The notes below the pieces were generated by a model. That model was not told where the DNA came from, made no database searches, and worked only from the letters and a program-made list of their open reading frames with translations. This document shows, piece after piece, positions 49,809-63,646 of a stretch of DNA of 64,000 nt. Numbering within the stretch: the first letter of the stretch is position 1; each line of letters opens with the position of its first letter. Source of the DNA: Entomortierella parvispora E1425 (lineage: Eukaryota; Fungi; Mortierellomycota); assembly GCA_020891255.1 (NCBI GenBank), contig BQFW01000015.1, forward strand, positions 2,728,001 to 2,792,000, given 5' to 3'. The translations under genes and the position numbers were made by a program.

Positions 49809-51200
49809 ATGGCCGCCTCCAACTACACAGTCATCGCCTCCGACGACGAATTTGCTGCCGTCTTCAAGCCCTCATCTGCCACCGTCTATGCCCTGAACTT
49901 CTGGGCTGCCTGGGCCCCTCCTTGCATTCAGATGAACGATGTCTTCGAAGAGCTGGCTGCAAAGAACAACAACATCCAGTTCATCAAGGTAATGCTCTGC
50001 TGCCAAAGAAGGCCGCAACTTGGATGGATCTCTCTTTGACTACGACCTAATCTACAAGCCTCTTGTTTTAATAGATTGAAGCCGAGAAGTTTCCCGACAT
50101 TTCTGAGGAGTATGAGATTGCTGCCGTCCCAAGCTTTGTCATCGTCAAGGTGAGCAACAGGAGACCAGTCGAGATAAATGCAGGGACCCTATAAGTTAGT
50201 TGGAAGACCCTGACGTCGTCGTTCTTTTGTTTTTAGGAGGGCAAGGTTCTGGATAGGGTCGAGGGAGCCAACGCCCCTGAGCTGTCCCAGACAATCGCAA
50301 AGTACTCGAAATCAACTTCCTCTACCACTACCTCTTCATCTGGAACGGCCGTTGGAGCCCCCTCTGCGCCCTCTGTTACCGCACCCACAATGTCGCCTGA
50401 AGAGATGACCGCTAGACTCAAGGAGTTGACCAGCAGTTCGAGCGTCATGGCCTTCATTAAAGGAACACCAACCGCACCTCGCTGCCAGTTCTCGCGCCAG
50501 TTGCTCGAGATCCTTACGGCTCAAAACATCCGCTTCAGCTCCTTCAATATCCTTGCCGATGATGAGGTTCGACAGGCCATGAAGACCTTCTCTGACTGGC
50601 CTACATTCCCCCAGGTATGGCAATCCTCCAATTGATCTTGCTTTCTAGTTTGCTCCTTCACAATGGATCCGCTGACTTTTCTTTACCATTTCTCTCATCT
50701 CAGGTCTATGTCAAGGGTGAATTTGTCGGTGGACTGGATGTCGTAAAGGAGTTGGTCGCTACTGGAGAGTTCCAGGCCCTTGTCCCCGCAGAGAAAGATC
50801 TGAAGACTCGTATGGACGAACTCATTCGCAAGGCACCAGTGATGATCTTTATCAAGGGAAGCCCAGAGACTCCCCGCTGTGGATTCTCAAAGTGAGTATT
50901 TTGAAACAATGATTGCTGCGACGCATGCTCTCTTCATATCAAGTTCTCATACTGGTTTTTACTTTGTTTGATAGGAAATTGGTTGCGCTCTTGGCTGATC
51001 AGGGAGTCACTTACGACTCTTTTGATATCTTGGAAGACGATGACATCCGACAGGGACTCAAGACCCATGTTGACTGGCCTACTTTCCCCATGGTCTTCTT
51101 CAAGGGTGAACTGTTGGGTGGCCTCGATATTATCACGGAAATGGTGGAGAATGGAGAGTTTTCGCAGGTTGTGGCCGAGGCCAAGCTGCCTGCAGTGTAG
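49809..51200 (+). CDS. GRX3: Multidomain monothiol glutaredoxin (Trx + 2 Grx; Grx3/4/PICOT)
   Basis: FWAAWAPPC Trx domain; FIKGTPTAPRCQFS...WPTFPQ; FIKGSPETPRCGFS...WPTFPM; 4 introns. Confidence 0.95.
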
Positions 51201-51264
51201 TTGACCTATCCTCAAAATAAAAAATTATAAAAAAAAAACGCCACGAAATCTGCTCTCAGGCAGC

Positions 51265-51304
51265 CCTTAACAGCATGCATCTCCTTAACAGCATGCATCT
51301 CCTT
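51265..51304. repeat. 18-bp tandem duplication (CCTTAACAGCATGCATCT x2 + partial)
   Basis: Units 51265-51282 and 51283-51300 are identical. Confidence 0.9.
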
Positions 51305-51358
51305 GCATGCACATGCCCATCTTCACGCGACTACCATCTGATATCATCCAATACTACC

Positions 51359-52788
51359 ATGGACTCATCGACACCAACTGTCCTCGAAGTCAACTTTAGA
51401 CGTCTCCTAGCAAAGTGCCAGGCTAGAGCTAATGCAGAGCAAGCATTGCAAGGCGCTGACAGAGCAAAGTTTCAAGCAGTACGGCGTTTGACAAGCACAT
51501 GCATTCAATGAGAAAGGATTGCAGTGATGACTCATATATGAGTATATTTCGCATTGCTAGACCATTAAATCACTGCGTAATATGATACTGGATCTGGAAA
51601 AGGAAACTTCAAACACGTAAGTTGTGCAGCATGGGGGTTTTAGCATCATTCAACCACTATCAGACGCCAACCTCTGTCTTGTGCGTGTTGCGACATCTAG
51701 GGGACGATTGGATTCAAGGACACTCCAAGAGTTTTCCAATAGCATAGAATCTCTGGCTCAAATGGAGGAGGATGTAATTCCTGTAGGTATAGGTTTAGAG
51801 ATAATAGAGCAATTACGCGCATGGACTTCATCCTAATCGTTCATCTTCAATAGACAAACAAAATTATGACCCAGACTAGGATAATCGCACCCCGCGCAAA
51901 GTTCGATGAAGGACTCGATTTTAATACGGATTCCAATTCCTCCTCCAGCTTGACAGGACTGGGAGTGCAAAGGATGACCGCTGAGCATTCACAGGCAAGC
52001 GAAATATCCACCGCCGTTCAAACCAGCTGCCTGTCAGCAACTTCGACAAATGACTAATTGGGTTTCTGTAATAGACCATTGATCATGTCAGGATAGAACC
52101 CGAGAAGGCTGAAAATACCCACGGAATGCGACCCAGAGGGTAAGCATACATGTTTCATCCTGTTGAGCCATGCAGAGGAGCGTTGAGGGGCCTGATAAAC
52201 TGATACATTCCTGCACTTCCGTGGCGGATCTTTTTTTTTTTTTTTTTTTTTTTCCTGTAGAAACAAGGCTCGGCAAAGTGCGGAACAAATCTCAAAGAGG
52301 ACGGCTTGGGGCACTGGCCGCCCATCATCCGGAGTTCAAGACCCTGCTGAAGACCAAGCCCAGGTGGAGGCTGCACTTCAAAATGATCGTGCACAGCGTG
52401 AGGAGATGGAGCAAGGAATTTCTAGATTGGTGAAGCAGCTTCGACACAATGCACTAACCATACAACAGACGCTAGTCGACGAGAAGAAATCCGGGGTCAG
52501 TTATCTGCCATTGGTGCACGTTTGGAAAAGATGACAACTAGGTATCTGCCAATTTGATGTCAAACTCTAACCACGACCTTGTCTCTTGTGCACTTCTGTA
52601 CGCCCCAATAGCTGTTCGAGGACGCTGACCAGGCACTCGACAACAACATATCGAGGCTTGGCAAGGAACGAGCGAGACTCGAGCTCTACTCCAAACAGAG
52701 TCGGAAGACAAAGTGGATGATTTGGGGCATTGTGTTAGGAGTGAGCATTGTGTTCGTCCTGATGTTCTTTGTCATTCGCATCTTCTGA
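51359..52788 (+). CDS. USE1: ER Qc-SNARE Use1
   Basis: LEVNFRRLLAKC N-terminus; SNARE coiled coil and C-terminal TM (WMIWGIVLGVSIVFVLMFFVIRIF); 6 introns, one probably GC-AG. Confidence 0.85.
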
Positions 52789-52849
52789 AATGCATTGAAG
52801 AATAGAAAGTCAAACGTTGATAAAAATTACATGGTCTATTGTACAACCT

Positions 52850-55800
52850 CTATACACTATTTTCTGCCTCTTCTTGATCCTCGTCCTGCAAGTGAACGAC
52901 CTTAATCCAGTTTCCAAATCCCACCACGACATCACGTCCGCTTGCTCCTCCAGTTCTAGACATATCTCCGTGGCCCTGTCCACTGCCTGGCCGGGACACA
53001 ACGTGAATGAGTCTGGCCTCCACAAACGGAAGGAGAGTGGGCTCCAAGCCTTCGTGAACCTCCTGTGAATTACTCGCCATGGGATTTAGATGCAGATTTG
53101 CTGACAGCGCACCTGATCCACCGGTGTAAACATAGCCTTGCTGATGGCTGCTGGTACCAGTACTAAAAGATCCAGGTCGTCGCTGCAGCCTTGGTCGTGG
53201 ATAGCTGCCATCCGCCCTACCTACTAAAAACTCCTTGTCGGCTGGAACGTGAACTGCCATACCTGATCCGTTTGAACTGACCAAGATCTGCGGCAAGTCA
53301 ACATGTTCCGACGGTCTGTCCTGGAACTGAATGTGAGGAGGGACAATTGCGGATGTCTGACTGTACTGTCCTTTGTAGGTGTGAGGCTGCAGGTTGATGG
53401 CGCGAACTGCAAGATCCAGGCCCCAAACGCCAGGGTCCTTAAAAATGCACTGGTACAGGTCTGCCTCCCAAACTTCCCATCCTCGTTTTGCTGGAGCAAA
53501 TCCTTCATTGTGAATATCCTCTGAATTGGACGCTTGAAGTACATTCGATCCGCCCTCACTCTTGCGCCTGCTCCTGATTGTGTTTGAACCTGAGCCAAGG
53601 ATATCTGAAACAGAGGCATGTGCTCGCTTGGCTGTCCACGCCGTACTGCAGGCCGAAGTCGAGCTTTCTGTTCGTCGAATTCCATAAACGCACGTGTCCC
53701 CGACTGCCATGCTCTTGCCACCCCGCTGCTTGATGTAGCCGACCAGCCGTGGCACAGGTAGAGACGAGGTAAGCAGATCAGAGACGTTTCTTGACCCGAC
53801 TTCTTCCAAAATGGGCTCAGTCGGAATTGGTGAGATGGGGTCGCGTGAGGGAGAGCTACTATGAAGACTCTTCCTGCTGATACTCTCTGACACTGCGGCT
53901 TCAGGGAGACAAAGTAGCCCCTCCCACTCTATAGCCCATACCATCACCGTTTCGTCGACGCCAGAGGAGAGAACCAACCACACTCGAGGCGCTGGTTCTC
54001 CTGTCAAACCGTCCTCCAGCTCCAATGCATGAAAAAAGAGCCTTGTAACTGCTCCAGTATGTGATGGTTGGTGGCTGTCCATAGGGCCCTGGGATCGTCG
54101 GCGGCTCTCGTTGGACAGTTTGCCATTTACGATCGTAGACGTGTTTCCCCGCGATAATGTCCACACAGGGTTGCCATGTTCCAAATCCCATACTTTGACG
54201 GCTCCATTCGAATATCCTGTTGCGAGCATTGGCACCTCGGGATTCACACACAGGACAGATACACTGACTCCGATGCCAACTCCACTATGACTCCATCGCA
54301 TCGCCCAAAGCGACCCCTCTGACTGGGGTGTACTCCAGCACTGTATTCCGCCATCCCTGCCTGCAACCAACAAATAGAACTGTGGTCGAAGTCTCAAATC
54401 GACCTGAGTTTGAGCGCTGAGAGCAGTGATTTGAAGCTCTGATATCCCCCCTCGCAGCTTGGTCTCCATTAGGCGTCTTCCCTTTCCAGACTCGAGATCC
54501 CACTGCCATATGTCGCCATCTCGATATCCAACGATAAGAATCGATTTTGGCAGCGATCCATCAAAGTGCCTGCCCAGCGAAGGGTCCCAGAAGCACATGC
54601 TTACAACTCGAGACTTTGATACGTCTCCATGGGAATCAGGCGTCCGGCATAGCTCCATCTCAGAAATCAAAGAAGGCACCTGGTTTCTACCAAGCCCCGG
54701 AGCAGAGTCACACTTCCAAATAAGAACAGTACCATCCGCAAACCCCACTGCGGCAAAGATCCCTTTCCGGTGTATCTTCAGACAGCGAACAGCTCGCTTA
54801 TTGGTTGAAGGCATGGAAGACTGATGCTTGCGAATAGAGTGACCTTGAGGCCGTTCCTTCAGCTGAGCAATTGGCGTCCTGGCATCTTGACTGTGAATAC
54901 TACTCCATAGCAATATTATACCATCCATAGATGAAGTCAAGATATGGCTGCCCTCTGTAGACACATCCATTTGATCGATATCCGTTTGGTGTCCTCCGAA
55001 GCATAGAGTATCAACTGCCCCCGGAAGTGGTGTACAGAGCCCTTGGTTTTGCGCCAGCTCTTTCGCCTCTGCAGCCAGCAAAGCTTCTTCCATCAGCTTC
55101 CTCTTGGATTGATAGTCTCCAGGCAGTACAATAAATGGGAAGCTCCACTGCAGATCCACCAACAGCTTTCGTTGAGGGCTGAGCAGGTACGAAAGTAATA
55201 ACAAAATGGCGGCCGCAAGAATGATGGAGGGAATTACAAATACCCGTACGAGCCAAAAGAAGAAGAGGCAAGTAGAGAGTATTGCAGTCCAAAGCAGGCG
55301 GAAGCGCGAAGGTCCGACTTTGTCGTCTTTAAGAGCTGGATCCTGGGATCCGCCTACACCGTCGACTTCGCGCAAAGTGTCATCTTCCCCTGCGATGCAT
55401 TCGATGGCTCTGGTCGTTCCTGTTGAGATATCAAGACAATCTGTCTCGTTTACAGTGCTTGAAAATCTCGACAGCGAAATCACAGCTGGGGACTGTAACT
55501 CAAGAAAGCCTCCGGTCTGTTCAGGATCCACAAGTGACCAAAATTCAGCAGACGCCTCGGATGATTCCAATCGCCAATACGATACTAATGCTGGCCCATG
55601 AGTGCCTTGAACAACTTGACTGGTTGTGCCATAGATATAACCAAGGTAGCCCATCACTCCAACCATCTATACAGCACATATGTGTTTTTTTTAGATCAGC
55701 TTCAAGGGTCATCAGCATCACAATCCTAATGGTCCGAGTTGAGAGGATATCATACCATAATCGAGGTGAATATTCGACCCTTTGGGTTTGGACGAGTTTT

Positions 55801-58019
55801 ACGGGAACTACTCTCCACATCGTTTTCTGCATGGGCAGAGTCGGCGCTGTCACGTCGCTGTTGCCTGTTCCAGTTGTTTTCAGCAGAGTGTCGAGTTGTT
55901 GACGTGGGGTGCAACAGTAAGCGCGCAGTCTCGGAACTGCCAACTGAGACTCCAGTTCTTGTAGCAGGGTCATGCTGGGGGTTGAACTGATATCGTGAAT
56001 AGGTTGGATACACCGGGCGGATGGCCAGGTCGGAAAGTTCCAGGCGCCGAATATCAATTGAAATGACTGTGATAAAGAATGTCATCTGCAATAGATAATC
56101 CATGATGACAGCGGCAATTGCAAAGGTGCAAAACTCTTGAACAGCTGGGATTGTCGTCATAGCCCCAATTGCTAGCAGGCAGAGTTCAGCTGCCAATGTC
56201 AAGGTGATGGAGACTCCAACGGCCCCCAATCCTCGTCCAACGCGTTCCTTGACAGGTAGATCCATGGATGTTTCAACAACAGCGTGGACAAGAATGTTGA
56301 TATTCTCCACACCAACTACAATAATCATAAACGGTAATATCTCCCTGAAAGGTCCGGGAACAATTGCGTCAATACAGGGAATGGTATGTTGTAAATAGCA
56401 GTTAAAACTCCGTACTTCTTCCTTACCATGGCATTAGAGTTAAAGTGACCCCAAAGACGGAGCAGAGACCGATGGACATGAGTAGAGATACAAACACGGT
56501 CGCCACTGCTGCAATTCCAAGGCCATACTTTGATTTCACGAGATCGACCCGGCCGACAGAGAGCGATATATACAAAAACATGACAAAATATGCCATCCCA
56601 AGCAGCCAGTACTCAGCAGATATGTTTGTTCGTGGCCGTGCATATTCCTATGATATTGAAAGAGTCGGGCCATCAGTATCCGTTATAGTTGAGAAAGAAA
56701 AGCTGTGGCCAGACGAGAATTTTTACCTCTGAAACAATTCTTTTTGATCCTCCACCCTCTATTGCCGGGATAACCCTGGCCCAAAACTCGGCACGCTGAT
56801 CTTCTGCCGAAAGCGATGACCTGGAAACATTTCCAGTATCAAAAGTGCGGATGGAACCCGTCTGAATGGCCATGTGGGCCACGTTATCCTCTTTCTCGAG
56901 AGGACGGTGTAATGCATCAGCTGCTTCCTCGGCAAGATTCGACCTCAAGCGGTCAATAATTAGCGCCCAAATGCGTCTGACGTCCAAGTCTTTGTAATTG
57001 CCTGGCTGCGCTTCCTTTGATTTTGAATCGGCAAGATCACCTCGGAGAAAAAAAGTTATCACAAGTGACTTGGGCAACATAGGACTGTGTTCATCTCCGG
57101 GAACAACCCCTGAAAAGATATTTGAGAGTAGGTCCTGCGAGTTGTCTAGTCGATCGTCGTCTCCATTAGCATTCATGCTGCCTCCGTGGAGCCCTCCTTT
57201 GTCATCGCCATCCCTTTGCAAAGCAGGAGAGTGTACAATGCAATTGCCGGCTGCTGATTGTGAGGCTGATCCTTGGTGGTCGCTGGATCCCACTACTGAG
57301 CCTGGAGGCGATTGAAGACAGATGTCCTTGAGTGTAACAACCTGCGAAACTCCTCGGTTGACGCCATCAGTGCTGCTGTCAAGTTCGACTTTAATTGACC
57401 GGATCTTTTCCTGAATTTGGGAAGCGTATGCGAAGAGGTTCAACCCTGCAAAAGTGCCGTTGTGGTCCAATGCCGCCTCCGCATTAAACTCGTCTGGGAA
57501 GAGGTTCGAAGCGTTGATGATGAGCGGTGCAATAAGAACAAGCGGATCCTTTGAAGGTAGCCGTCCGTCGAACACATCCGGATCCTGAGACCAAGTTGGT
57601 GCCATAATCTTGTTGAGCCAGAATGTGTCTAGATCAGGGACCTGTCGCGTGAAGGGTCGACTGACTGGCCTAGAACTTTTCAGGGCATCTCCAGCATGGT
57701 TGATCGTCACGCCAGAGGGGACAAAGGGAGGTCGCGGGGAAAATGAAAGGCTGACAGACTGAATTGAGCTCCGTTGACGAACGTAGGCCGATGAGTTGTA
57801 TGAAGCGACTATCCCAGGGTACGAAATCATTCCTACGAAGAGAATAACCAGGACCATGACAGTGGCCTGGTTCGAGGCACAGAGGCGGCCATGGTGATAG
57901 AAGCGCTGGGCAAGAGCGTCATTGTAGCGGCGAAGAGTTGGGTTGGCACGGAGTGAGAATGAAGAGGCGATGGCGCCGACAAGCGGAGCCAGTCCGGGAA
58001 TCCGAGACAGGGCGGACAT
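52850..58019 (-). CDS. SCAP: SREBP cleavage-activating protein (sterol-sensing domain + WD40)
   Basis: FYHHGRLCAS, SSD (VKSKYGLGIAAV, PW|EILPFMIIVVGVENINIL, AVQEFCTFA, FFITVISIDIRRLELSDL), WD40 C-terminus; 3 introns. Confidence 0.93.
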
Positions 58020-58679
58020 TCTCCTAGATGTGCGAATGGTAAGAGCAGGTAGGAGAGGAAGAATCGAGTCAGTTCACGGTTGCCCAGGGTAATGTCCGGA
58101 ATGCAACGCTGTCCATGACCTGACTATCAATTTACATTTATCGATCGGTCGGTTGGTTTATGTGTCTGTCAAAATGAGTCGAGAGTCAAGTCAACCGAGG
58201 TTTTGGAATGTCAGATCAAATTCGCTCTCATGGCCGTGGATTCGAGGGAACAGAGGCGACGCTGCCGAGTCAACAGGCGGTAGAGAGAAGAGTGTATGCG
58301 TGTGACAAAGACCAGCTAGCGAGGCGATGGAGAAAGGGTAGAGAACGAAGGCAACGACAATGATGAAGAGAATGGAGGCGGAAGGTGAAGATCCTGGACC
58401 TGGAGAGCGGTGAGTCACGTGTTCGGCTTATTTTGCCCATGATGTTGACAGAAGGCTGTTGGGGTGTGGCGCTTTGAGCCTTCTCTGCTCTCGCTCCATG
58501 TCCCTCAAAAATATAATCCAAAGCTGGAAGCTCGGCTACGAGCTTTCTTCTTTCGTGTCTTTCCTTTATTTACCGCGAGGGAACAAAGCACCAGTCTCCA
58601 AGCCAATATTCTTTTTTTATAATTTGTTGCAACTGCCGCCGTCGCCGATGCGCTGAGCTGTGCATACTACCCTACGTGT

Positions 58680-59084
58680 CTAACGCCTTGAGTCTGAATC
58701 CCGTTGCTGCTGAAGAATGATGACAGGGGGAGTCTTGAAACGCTTGCTGTTGTTAAATTCCAATGATGAATAGTCGATCGCTTTTGCCTCTTCGCTTCTG
58801 ATAACTGAACCGATCGCCATGAAGAATGCAAACGTGGCTGTGGATGAGAGCATTGTCTGCGCAAGATTGTTGACATAGCCGCGAGATCCTGGTCCGTTGC
58901 TATCATAGATGAGAGAAGAGTGTTAATAAAAAAAAATTGAAAATGGGAATCATGGACTGAATCACCTTGAAATGCCCATTTACCGCATGGCAGAGATACC
59001 GCCAAAGACAAGACCAATGCAGAGACCAACGGCCCCTCCCATCATGGCGCCGACCTTGGCGCGCTCGAATTTTGTAGGTTCCAT
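58680..59084 (-). CDS. MGR2: Mgr2/Romo1 (TIM23 complex) protein
   Basis: KFERAKVGAMMGGAVGLCIGLVFGG...TATFAFFMAIGSVIRSE; 1 intron; the start may lie slightly further upstream. Confidence 0.9.
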
Positions 59085-59587
59085 GCTGAATATGCGCCTG
59101 TTACTGGAGGGTTGATGATCAAAAACCTACGAAAACCAGAGGCAATGTCTTCCGCGCTGAAGAGACACTGAACGAAACACGTGATGCTCGAAGCCTGCCA
59201 GCGTGACTGTGTCAAAAACTCCGACGACGAGGAGATGCATGCAATGCCCATGCATGCTTTTCTTGCATGCACTCCCTTTGCCTTTTTAACATCACGTCAG
59301 CGTTCCGCCTTTGTTTTTTCAAACCACCCTCTACTGCTTTGCTATAGATATCGCTCTCTCCCCGAGCACTGTATTGCTCGACCCTGCACAAGTAAGAATA
59401 CTGATAAAAACTGCACGAAAACGAACCATGTCGTGTCTGTCTGTTGCCATGCATGAATAGCGAGGAATGCACTTGCGTGTCAACTTACCCCATCTCTGCA
59501 TCTTTTTGTAGAGCAAACCAAAAACTCATCGGCTTCTAAACTGCCCTCTGTTCCTTACTCCCGTGTTAATCCCCATCAAAGAACTTC

Positions 59588-62224
59588 ATGAAGCCCGAGA
59601 CACACAACAGGTCGTCGACCAATGGTCAAAGTGCTGGTCCAAGTAGTCGCAACGACCAGGAGGATGTGCCCATGACTATGACTGTTGGAAGTCCAAACCC
59701 AAATGTTTTGACCCCGACAGGATTCAACCGACATGAGCTTGTACGATTGATGGTACAATCACTTCAGAGTCTTGGGTACAAGTACGTAGACAGGACAATG
59801 TCTTGGATATCAAAAGCGGGTCAAATATGTATCTAATTAGTCTGTTGCTTCTAGGAAATCTGCCCATGAACTGGAAGCCGAATCAGGATTTCAACTTGAG
59901 AGTCCGGCTGTGACCTTATTTCGTGAATGTGTCTTGCAAGGAAAATGGGACAAAGTGGAAGAATTGATGGACGAGTTGGATTTGGACCCTGTGCATGGCT
60001 TACCTGTAAGTGTACACCATCAACTTCTGACATCTCTCATCAAAGGCTATTCGTCTAAATGGTTCTCCTTCATGAATATTTCCCAGCTGGTCAAGTTTTC
60101 GATACGCGAGCAAAAGTTTCTCGAACTGTTGGAGGCACGCCAAATTAAAAGTGCACTGGTCGTACTCCGTTCCGAATTAACTCCCTTGAACCAGAACATT
60201 GAACGTGTGCATACTTTGACCAGGTTTGGCACCAGTGATCATTCTACCGGCTCATATCAAATTGTCTGAAAATCAGCTTTAGGCTAACAGCCGATTTTTT
60301 TTTCTAGCTACATGATGAGCTCAAGTGCCGAAGACTTGCGACAGCGCGCACAATGGGATGGAGTTGCCGGATTGTCTCGACAAACTCTGCTGTCGTCTCT
60401 GCAGAGTAAGAGACAGGCTATGCATCTACGACAGTGAAAATCCTTGTTCATGAGAAGGTCCCTTTACTAACTCTTCTCTCTAGAGTTCATATCACCTGCC
60501 GTTATGGTGCCACAGTTGCGACTGGAAACAATGTTACGCCAAGCAACCGAGCTCCAAGCGAAGAATTGTATCTACCACGACAATCGCAGCACCTCGTACA
60601 GTCTCTACAGCGACCATATTTGCGACAAGTAGGTTTGATTCGTTGAACAGTATGATTCCAACGGCCGACCTATTTACCTTGCATTGATATTGTTCGTAGG
60701 TCAGGAATTCCGTCAGTGACCAAGAAGATTCTTGACAATCACACGAACGAGGTCTGGTACATTACTTTTTCGCACGATGGTAAATATCTTGCTTCAGGTT
60801 CAGCAGATAGCAGGATTATTATTTGGAGCTTGGAGGTAAAGAGAATCATTCAAGCATAGGAATGCATGAGTTTCCTGTAGTAGATACGCATCCATTGACC
60901 ATCCCTTTCTGCCTGTGACAGTCATTTGAACCTGTACACACTCTGCAAGGACACACAAGCAAAGTTTCTTGTTGTGCCTGGTCACCAGATGACACACAAC
61001 TGCTTACGGCAGGATACGATAGAACTGTGAAGCTCTGGGATGTCAAGGTAAACAACTGGGACCGTATATTGGCCTTTTTTTTTTTTCTCGAAATTGATGA
61101 ACCATGTTTGCTGACACCTTTTCGAGTTATTCTTTTCACATCAGACTGCTGTTCTGAAATCAACCTTCCAGCGACATAGTGATGTTGTTTCTTGCCTCGC
61201 ATGGCTTCCTGACGGCGAGCGCTTTGTCTCTGGAAGCGACAAAAATCTATATTTGATGGTAAGTTCCACTGAACAAGCAGAATGATATCCAAGTAAATGC
61301 CTGACTGGAACAAATTGTTGTTTTGCTTTAGTCGTACACGGGTGATATGCTTCGACAGTGGCAGTTCCCTGTGAGAGATTTGGCTATTTCTTTCGACGGC
61401 CAAACCCTGGTGGCCATGGGAGGCACCATCGTCCGTCTGATAAGCCTCGTTGACTTCAGTGAAATCAGGTAAGCCACTCTTCTTGGCGATGACTTTGGTT
61501 GAACTGGCTGTCAGTTTCTTACCGACATTGTGAAACAGCAAAATAGAGGAGACGGACAGCATCACCGCTATTAGTTTATCCAAGGATGGATGCCATCTTT
61601 TGGTCAGCACCACTTTGAAGGTAGTGGAGCTCCCATGTTTGAGGTCATATGAATACACCAAATTTGACTCAAAAGACTGACCGCTGAGAACCAATTCATC
61701 TTGTTGTAGCCTGACAAACTCCCTACAATGCGCGAGATTCACTTGTGGAACCTGGCGGAAGGGCGGATTGAGCGTAAATATTCGGGATTCAAGCAAGGCC
61801 TCTATATTGTACGATGTTGTTTTGGCGGATGGGATGAGCGCTTTGTAATCAGTGGCAGCGAAGACTGCAAAGTTTACATTTGGCACAAGGAAAACGGCAG
61901 TTTGATCCAAACGCTGGAAGGGCACTCGCGAGCCGTTACCTCCGTTGCATGGAGTCCAACGAATCCGGCCATGTTTGCATCTGCAAGCGATGACCACACA
62001 ATCCGGATGTAAGTGAATGCGCCCATTGCCTTTGATAGTTTGTTGGTCTGACCTGGGTATATGCAACGTACCCAACAGCTCATCGCGTGGAGTAGAAGGG
62101 TCGGAAAGGCTACCCACGTACCCGGGAACCCTTCTGGTTCTAAAAATAACAACAATATCTTTGATCTAGATGGGGTACGCCTGAAGATGATCAACCGCAG
62201 GTGTTGTCTGCGAATAGCCCGTAG
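59588..62224 (+). CDS. GID7: WDR26/Gid7 (CTLH E3 complex) LisH-CTLH-WD40 protein
   Basis: ELVRLMVQSLQSLGY, REQKFLELLE, HTNEVWYITFSHDG, GFKQGLYIVRCCFGGWDERFVISGSED, FASASDDHTIR; about 12 introns. Confidence 0.93.
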
Positions 62225-63075
62225 CTGCCTGTGAGACGGATTTAGGACTCAGAACGTGGCGTGGGCAACACAGATGCTCTTGTCCAGTTGATCTTTGGCG
62301 CGACTCTCAGTCATTGGACATTTATCCATTTACCGGAAGACACTTGTTTGAAATAAAATGCAGGGCTCCCGTCAATCATTATCTTACTGGACTGACTTTT
62401 CCCGGGGAGCTATGTAGATCTTGGGACGTTATGGTGGTGCAACCCAGGGGTGCCCCTGACCATCATGAATCTGAGACCACGTCGAGTTTGCTCAATTGGA
62501 TCTCAGATTTCAGTCACTTTTTGGTTCCTGGCCAAGCAGAATCAAGCAGAAAAGCAGGCGATGTATCAACTGAGGACTCGGCCACCCTGATCCAGTTGGG
62601 GGATGAAGAAAACGGACATGCGCTGTAGATAGACTTCGTTTTGACGAACAAGTCCCAAGGAAATCGTCAAGCGAGCAATTGTCCTTCCGAATCGCATCAA
62701 AAGATGCAGAATTTTGGAGCCCAACACCCTTTGAGAGCTTTGGTGTCTCGGACCCTGCTTCTCGAGCGGTGATCAGAAAGATGTGTAGAGCCCAATCGCA
62801 GTCTGTGGCGGCGGTCTGTTCCTCATTCAGTAATCAATGGTTTTCAGCAAACAAAAACAGAGACAGACCCTGATCCGAGAGACTAAGACAGGACAGCGGT
62901 GCCCTGCTTTTTTTTTCATCCTTTGTCTTCAAAAAAAAAAAAAACGTCGACTCCGCCCAAGCGATACGATGAAAAGATGGACGGACTTCGTACTTTTACC
63001 CGGAATGGGTGACCCTGCAACAATGAATTAGTAAAAGAACACGCCCCCTGGTCATTTACCGATGTACAACTTTCT

Positions 63076-63083
63076 TATAAAAG
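63076..63083 (+). promoter_or_regulatory. TATA box of the expansin-like gene
   Basis: TATAAAAG about 95 bp upstream of the ATG at 63176. Confidence 0.55.
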
Positions 63084-63175
63084 AGGCCCTCCCCCGGGTT
63101 CATCCACAAACATCACTCATCTCGAAGTCTTGATATCTACCTCCTCTCATCCTCAAAACAACCCTTACTATCATC

Positions 63176-63646
63176 ATGTTCAAGTCATACATCCTCCTTG
63201 TAGCCGCTCTTTGCGCCTCCGTCGTCTTGGCTGCTCCCATCACAGGCAACCGTGCCACCTCCGCTTCCGCTTTGAGCAAGCGTGGTAACCGCCATCACCG
63301 CAATAACAACAGCAATGACAATTCCGATGAGACCTTCCATGGTCGTGGAACCTGGTTCTCTGACGACTCTGGTTCCTGCGATATTGACTTCGATCAAGAT
63401 GATATGATTGTCGCCATGAACGAGGAGCAGATGGGTGCTCTCCAGGGCCCTAGCTCCCAGTGCGGCAGGATGGTCCGCGTTCACTACGGAGGCAAGTCTG
63501 TTGACCTCAAGGTCGTCGATACCTGCCCCTCTCAGTACTGCGACGAGGGCGCTCTTGACCTTTCCCAGAAGGCCTTCAAGATGCTTGCTGGCGGTCTCTC
63601 CAAGGGTGTTATTTCTCTTGACTGGGAGTTCATCGAGAAGCAATAA
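63176..63646 (+). CDS. Secreted RlpA-like double-psi beta-barrel (loosenin/expansin-like) protein
   Basis: Signal peptide, Kex2-like KR site, GRGTWF..SGSC, IVAMN, CGRMVRV, KVVDTCP, LDLSQKAF; intronless. Confidence 0.92.
   Translation: MFKSYILLVAALCASVVLAAPITGNRATSASALSKRGNRHHRNNNSNDNSDETFHGRGTWFSDDSGSCDIDFDQDDMIVAMNEEQMGALQGPSSQCGRMVRVHYGGKSVDLKVVDTCPSQYCDEGALDLSQKAFKMLAGGLSKGVISLDWEFIEKQ

Noticed and set aside
51265-51300. TCCTTAAC resembling a U12 branch point
   Set aside because: Intergenic, with no [AG]TATCCTT donor upstream in a gene context; all traced introns look U2-type.
62314-62873. Small ORFs between WDR26 and the expansin-like gene
   Set aside because: No recognisable motif, splice pattern or codon bias; probably intergenic.
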